From NCBI GenBank assembly GCA_001179505.1, contig CDMY01000741.1:1-25388 (forward strand): a stretch of 25,388 nucleotides of DNA, in the 5' to 3' direction. This DNA is from Vitrella brassicaformis CCMP3155. Taxonomy: Eukaryota; Protista; Chromerida. The translations under genes were made by a program, and so were the position numbers. Below, piece by piece: positions 20,607 to 25,388 of this stretch. The notes below the pieces were generated by a model that made no database searches, was not told the origin of the DNA, and saw only the letters and a program-made list of their open reading frames with translations. How positions within the stretch are numbered: position 1 is the first letter of the stretch; every line of letters begins with the position of its first letter.

Positions 20607-23600
20607 CTGTCCCAGCAGCTCGAGATGCGACGGTCCTACTACCAAAAGGCGGGAGCGACTTTGCGGTATTCCAAGAATCAGGCAAGTATGATACCCTACA
20701 TGGCAATGTCCGGTGTAGCGGATGGATATCTGACCGACGGCTTTTTTTGGAGAAAGTACAAGCTGAACATTGTCGATACGACAGGTGGGTATGAAGGGGC
20801 TTGCAAGGCAGGTCTTGCCCTGATTCAGTGTTGCATCAGGTGGAGCGTGAGCGGCAGGCCTTCCGTGAGCGCGAGGAGGGGCTTCTCGAGGACCTGCAGC
20901 AGGTAAGGCGACTTCATGCACCCCTTTGGGCTGTCTGTGTGCACTCGTCCGCCAGCTCCGCGGGGTGCCGGTGTGAGCAGACCCAACAGCTCAGGTATGA
21001 CCGAACTAACCTTGTAATCTGTTTCTTTGCTTTTGCTATGCAGGTAGTCGCTCAAGAACACACGGATCGATGGGGGAGGCATCTCCTGTCATGCCAGAGG
21101 TATGTGTGTGTATATATGGGTTATGAGCATTGGTGTAGTTGTGTTCGGTGTCAGGAGCAGCAAGGAACTCGACATCAGGCTCGAGCTGGCCGGAGAAATG
21201 GCTCACCAGCCAAGACCCTCGACGACTACTTACTGCACTGCGTCCTTCCCGGTGACCGGAATTCCGCGCGCTGTGTGTGTATGTGTGACCATCTTCATGT
21301 CAATGGTGTGTGTGTGTGTGTGTGTGTGTGTGTATTCTAGATCATCTGGCCGGAGAAGTGGCCGAGCTCCGTGGTGAGGTGCAGTGCATCGCGGCCCTGG
21401 AGCAGCAGATAATGGCAATGTAGCCAGCAACGCAGGTACGCCTCCAAATACACACGTGGACAACCACATTCGCAGCACCCTCTTCGTCTGTGAGCGTGCG
21501 TGTTGTGCGTGTGTGCGTTGGGTGCAGTACTGGGCTCAACTTCAGACGGCACAGCAGATGTGGCTGACACAGCAGCAACAACTGGTGAGTGAGTGAGGCA
21601 CCCATATCACTGAATGACTCACAGGCAGCAGGGCAGAAACGGATGGCCCCACACACGCACCCGACGCCAGCGGGCCGAACGACACTGAGTCATCGCCACC
21701 TTTTGCGATTGCAGATTGCTGCTGTGTCTTTTCTTGACTGAAGTCTGCTTTGCTGCTTGCGCTTGGTGTGTTGTGCTGACGAAGCGGCACAAGGCGGGCA
21801 GCAGCCGTGGCAAGAAGTGCAAGGACACCGACGACGCCTCCTTGTCGTCGGAGAAGCCGCCCCCGAGGGCCCGCAAGGCCCCCACCACCCGCAAGGCTCC
21901 CACCAAGGCAACCAAGTCGAGGCCTAAGGCGAAGGCTAAGCCCAAGGGAAAGGCCAAGGGAAAGGCCAAGGGGAAGGCACGTGCTCCCCGAGCTGCTCCT
22001 GCTGCTGCTGCCGCCGCTGCTGCTGCTGCCCCGCCACCACCGGCTGCCGCCATCGGTAAGTAAAATGTTCAGAAAGAAGAGAGTGAGTTGGGTCATGGTA
22101 AATGGATGGATGCTTTTGTGTCTGCCACTGGTGTCATTCCCTCGGTCCAGACCTGGAAGCCATGACGATGGAGCAGCTGCGGGCGTTGATCAGGAAGCAC
22201 GACGCCCTCACGCACGTAAAGACAGGCGGGGCGGGGAGGACAAAGGAGAACGTGAGGAAGGACATTAAAGATGCATGGGGGCGGGGGTAGTGGTCTGTGG
22301 GGGGAGCTCGCCAAGGTGAGGCCGCACAGACACAGAACACAGACAGACACAGATCAGTCCCCCACCCAAACCACACCACACCACACCGCACCCGAGTGCA
22401 TCCGTGTCGAATGATGGATGGATGTGTTGCTGGTCGTGTTCCGCGTCAGGTCAAGGAGACCAACGAATCCCTCGTCGCCGACAACAGGACGGTGCGCGAG
22501 CAAGCAGAGCAGGTCGGCAGGCACAACAGACACTCACCGATGGATCGATGGCTGGATGGACGAGTGCCCGCTTACGAGGATCTCTCTCTCTCTCTGTGTG
22601 TGTGTGTGTCTTTCTGTGTGTGTGTGTGTGGACCTGCAGTTGAAAGGAGAGCTAGTGGAGGTGCATACTACGCTCGAGGAGAGCGAGAAGGTCAGTGGGT
22701 GTTGGGCGGCAAGGAAAACGACCACCAGCACACACATACACACACACCTCCTATACATAGACATAGACACCCGCACATGAAATCAAGCTGGTCAACTCAT
22801 TCTCCAAGAAAGACAGTGTCTGAGGTGTGTGTGCGTGGGGTGTCTCTTGTATTGTATGTGTGCAGCGCGTCAGTGGGGATCTGTCCAGTCTGGAGCAAGC
22901 CTTGGCCGCCGAACGCCGCCGACCTCTCAGGTACATATGTGGGCAAAGAAAGGACCACACCCTTTGCAGGCAGGCAGGCAGGCAGGCAGGGAGGGACAGG
23001 AGGGGGACAGGGAGGGGACACACATAGAGAGAGAGAGAGATAAATGAATGTGTGTGTGTGTGTGTGTGTGTGTGCAGTTGGACCTGTCGGTCATTGCCTA
23101 TCGTGACGAGCTCGCCAAGGTGAGTGAGGCCGCACGCAAGACACACACACACACAATTTCACACACACACACAGAGAGAGAGAGAGATCAGTCCCCCACC
23201 CAAACCACACCCCACCACACCGCACCCGAGTGCATCCGTGTGGACGGATGGATTGATGGATCGATGGATGGATGGATGTGTTGCTGGTCGTGTTCCGCGT
23301 CAGGTCAAGGAGACCAACGAATCCCTCGTCGCCGACAACAGGACCGTGCGTGAAGAAGTAGAGCTGGTCGGCAGGCACACCACACACTGACCGATGGATG
23401 GAAGAGTGTGTGTGTGTGTGTGTGTTTCCACAGCTTTCCCAGCAGCTGGAGATGCGACGCTCTTTCTACCAGCAGGTGGGCATGAAGAACATTGCAAGGC
23501 AGGCAGGCAGGATAATTGATGGCCATCTTGCCTTGATTCCGTTTTGCATCAGTTGGAACAAGAGCGACAGGCCATGCGCGAGCGACAGGAGGCAATCGAG

Positions 23601-23617
23601 GAGCATCAGCCGCCGGT
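20607..23617 (+). repeat. Older duplication of an exon pair (20607-20903 vs 23432-23617)
   Basis: LSQQLEMRRSYYQ / LSQQLEMRRSFYQ and VERERQAFRERE / LEQERQAMRERQ. The intron between them is also homologous (GTGGGYATGAAG...TTGCAAGGCAGG...CTTGCCYTGATTC...TTGCATCAG). Confidence 0.85.
22304..23399 (+). repeat. Recent direct duplication of an exon-intron-exon unit (22304-22545 vs 23108-23399)
   Basis: Shared GAGCTCGCCAAGGTGAG...GATCAGTCCCCCACCCAAACCACACC...GATGTGTTGCTGGTCGTGTTCCGCGTCAGGTCAAGGAGACCAACGAATCCCTCGTCGCCGACAACAGGAC...GTCGGCAGGCAC...CCGATGGAT. Differences are mostly microsatellite length. Confidence 0.95.
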
Positions 23618-24158
23618 AAGGTCGTCATGCACCCCTCCAGGCTGTCTGTGTGTATCTTCGGTTTCTCTATTCCATCTCTGTCTGCCTGCCTATCTGTCTC
23701 TTTCTGTCTGTCTGCCTGCCTGCCTGCCTCTGTGTGAGGGTGTGCGAGCAGGCCAGGCGGCAATTCACAGGGTCAGCCAGCCTCCATCTACACACCCACT
23801 CGTCTGTCCGTCATCCGTGGCAGCATCGTTGTCCGTCTGTTTGTGTGTTTGTTGCCTCTGCTGCAGGCGCACTACTGACTTTGCGGCTGAGCGGGCATTC
23901 TACGACCAGCAGCGAGTGATGTCAAAGCGGTGAGCATCTATCTATCTGTGATAGGCATCCATCCATCATCCCATCTTTCCATTCAATGACGTGCGTGTCC
24001 CTTTTGCCTTTGCGTGCGTGCATCTGTCTGTCTGTGTCTACGATTGTTGTCGCCTTGTGTGTACTCGTGTGTCAACAACAGCAACGCGGTGCCATGCCAC
24101 GGCGGCCGCGGCGGCTTCCGCGAGACAAGGTTTCGCGGCAGCTAGAGAGAGAGGGGGG

Positions 24159-24458
24159 NNNNNNNNNNNNNNNNNNNNNNNNNNNNNNNNNNNNNNNNNN
24201 NNNNNNNNNNNNNNNNNNNNNNNNNNNNNNNNNNNNNNNNNNNNNNNNNNNNNNNNNNNNNNNNNNNNNNNNNNNNNNNNNNNNNNNNNNNNNNNNNNNN
24301 NNNNNNNNNNNNNNNNNNNNNNNNNNNNNNNNNNNNNNNNNNNNNNNNNNNNNNNNNNNNNNNNNNNNNNNNNNNNNNNNNNNNNNNNNNNNNNNNNNNN
24401 NNNNNNNNNNNNNNNNNNNNNNNNNNNNNNNNNNNNNNNNNNNNNNNNNNNNNNNNNN
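24159..24458. other. Assembly gap (300 N)
   Basis: Run of N, read directly. Confidence 1.
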
Positions 24459-24858
24459 TTTGTGTTGTTGTGTGTTTTTGTGTGGTGTTGTGTAGTTCAT
24501 GAGACATACATGCACCAGGGAATGAGACATACATGATAGCAAGCAAAGAGAGGGGAGAGGGGGGGAGGGGAGAGAGAGGAAGCTTGATGAGACAGATGGC
24601 GTCACAAATAGACATCCGTCGTTGTCCCATACCGACTCTAGATCAGACGTGCTGGTCGCCCATGCTTCCGTGTAAAATCCGTTAAACCAAAAAAAACTCT
24701 AAGATCTTGCAATGCCGTCTCTCTGCTTGAATCAATCTTCTTTTGCTTGCATTCGATTCCATAAAGTGCACATCATCATGGTGTCCCATCACACACGCAC
24801 ACGCACGTCGATGTCCGCACCACCTCAGGTCGGCTCGGTCGATGAGTCAGTGTGGCCG

Positions 24859-25388
24859 TCAGAGTATTTGGTTCCTGAGGTCCTCGAGTTTCTTGATGAT
24901 ATCGGCCGGCACTTTGTCGAGCTCAGCGGCGATCTCCTCCTGCTTGGCCGGCGGCAGCGACAGGTACTGCTCACACAAATCGCCGTCGACCACATTCTGC
25001 CGTGTGGACACACGCAGAACACAATGAGAGATGCGTGTGTGTGTCGTGTCATTTAGTGGGCTGGTGGGCTGGCCTCACTTTGACAGGTGTGTAGTATGAT
25101 CTGAACATGATGTGGTCTCTGCCGCACAGCGGGGGCTTCTCCTGACGCAGGTGCAGCTCCAAGTGCTGAAAGAAGTCAACCTGGTCGGTCGGTCGAATCG
25201 AACCGACATGGACACACACATACACAGCCATCCAATGGCATCCATCCATCCACTGCACTGTGTGTGCCTACGTCTTCCCGCGTGACGAGTGGTGTGAGTG
25301 CGCCGATGGAGCCCATGATGGTGGCGTAGACGATGACCTCCTTGGTGGCCGACGACAGCCGACACCGCTGCAGACTCATGACCGTCTC
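24859..25388 (-). CDS. SF3B3: Splicing factor 3B subunit 3 (SAP130/Rse1), last three exons (25388-25272, 25180-25079, 24996-24859); 5' part outside window
   Basis: EVIVYATIMGSIGALTPLVTRED|VDFFQHLELHLRQEKPPLCGRDHIMFRSYYTPVK|NVVDGDLCEQY...IAAELDKVPADIIKKLEDLRNQIL* is the diagnostic SF3B3 C-terminus. Confidence 0.96.

Larger units (their letters stand above)
20470..24145 (+). pseudogene. Multi-exon coiled-coil gene with internal exon duplications, Lys/Ala-rich H1-like exon and SAP/HeH-like exon; several frame lesions (pseudogene, assembly errors, or two genes)
   Basis: GT-AG exons LSQQLEMRRSYYQ, VERERQAFREREEGLLEDLQQ, DHLAGEVAELRGEVQ, YWAQLQTAQQ, RHKAG..KAKAKPKGKAK.., DLEAMTMEQLRALIRKH.., VKETNESLVADNRTV x2, LKGELVEVHTTLEESEK, LEQERQAMRERQ and RTTDFAAERAFYDQQ, ending ...RFRGS* at 24145. 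There is an in-frame TAG at 21421 and phase breaks near 21075, 22280 and 22930. The start is uncertain. Confidence 0.5.

Noticed and set aside
20720-20790. Translational GTPase gene (KLNIVDTT motif)
   Set aside because: Only one loose motif inside a 136-bp insert, with no P-loop or NKxD.
22960-22985. 4-nt micro-exon (GCAG) from the (GGCA)n tract to repair the phase break at 22930
   Set aside because: It needs a GC donor inside a microsatellite and cannot be supported without reads.

Overview
Intron-dense eukaryotic genomic DNA. A chromerid alga (Vitrella-like) is inferred from three things: an apicomplexan-type H2B.Z, a hydroxymethylbilane synthase with a bipartite plastid-targeting leader, and microsatellite-filled short introns. 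No database search was run. I rebuilt gene models by hand using GT/GC-AG junctions and phase continuity. Positions 1-5.7 kb are accessory: a CRE-like non-LTR retrotransposon ORF fragment, a decayed Ty1/copia remnant and two orphan spliced ORFs. Then come three head-to-head pairs: VIT1/CCC1 iron transporter (-) with histone H2B.Z (+); a KCR/17bHSD-like SDR with a degenerate active site (-) with HMBS/hemC (+); and a small Gly-rich membrane protein (-) with an N-acylated PP2C (+). These are followed by a lesion-bearing coiled-coil gene with internal duplications and an H1-like/SAP-like module (+), and the 3' end of SF3B3 (-). There are two 300-N gaps. The most interesting observations are (i) many introns with CA-rich 5' halves complementary to UG-rich 3' halves, suggesting structure-bridged splicing, (ii) a 35-aa beta-rich module inserted inside the conserved VIT1 N-terminal motif, (iii) an SDR pseudoenzyme, and (iv) a long tandem-GA hairpin behind H2B.Z.
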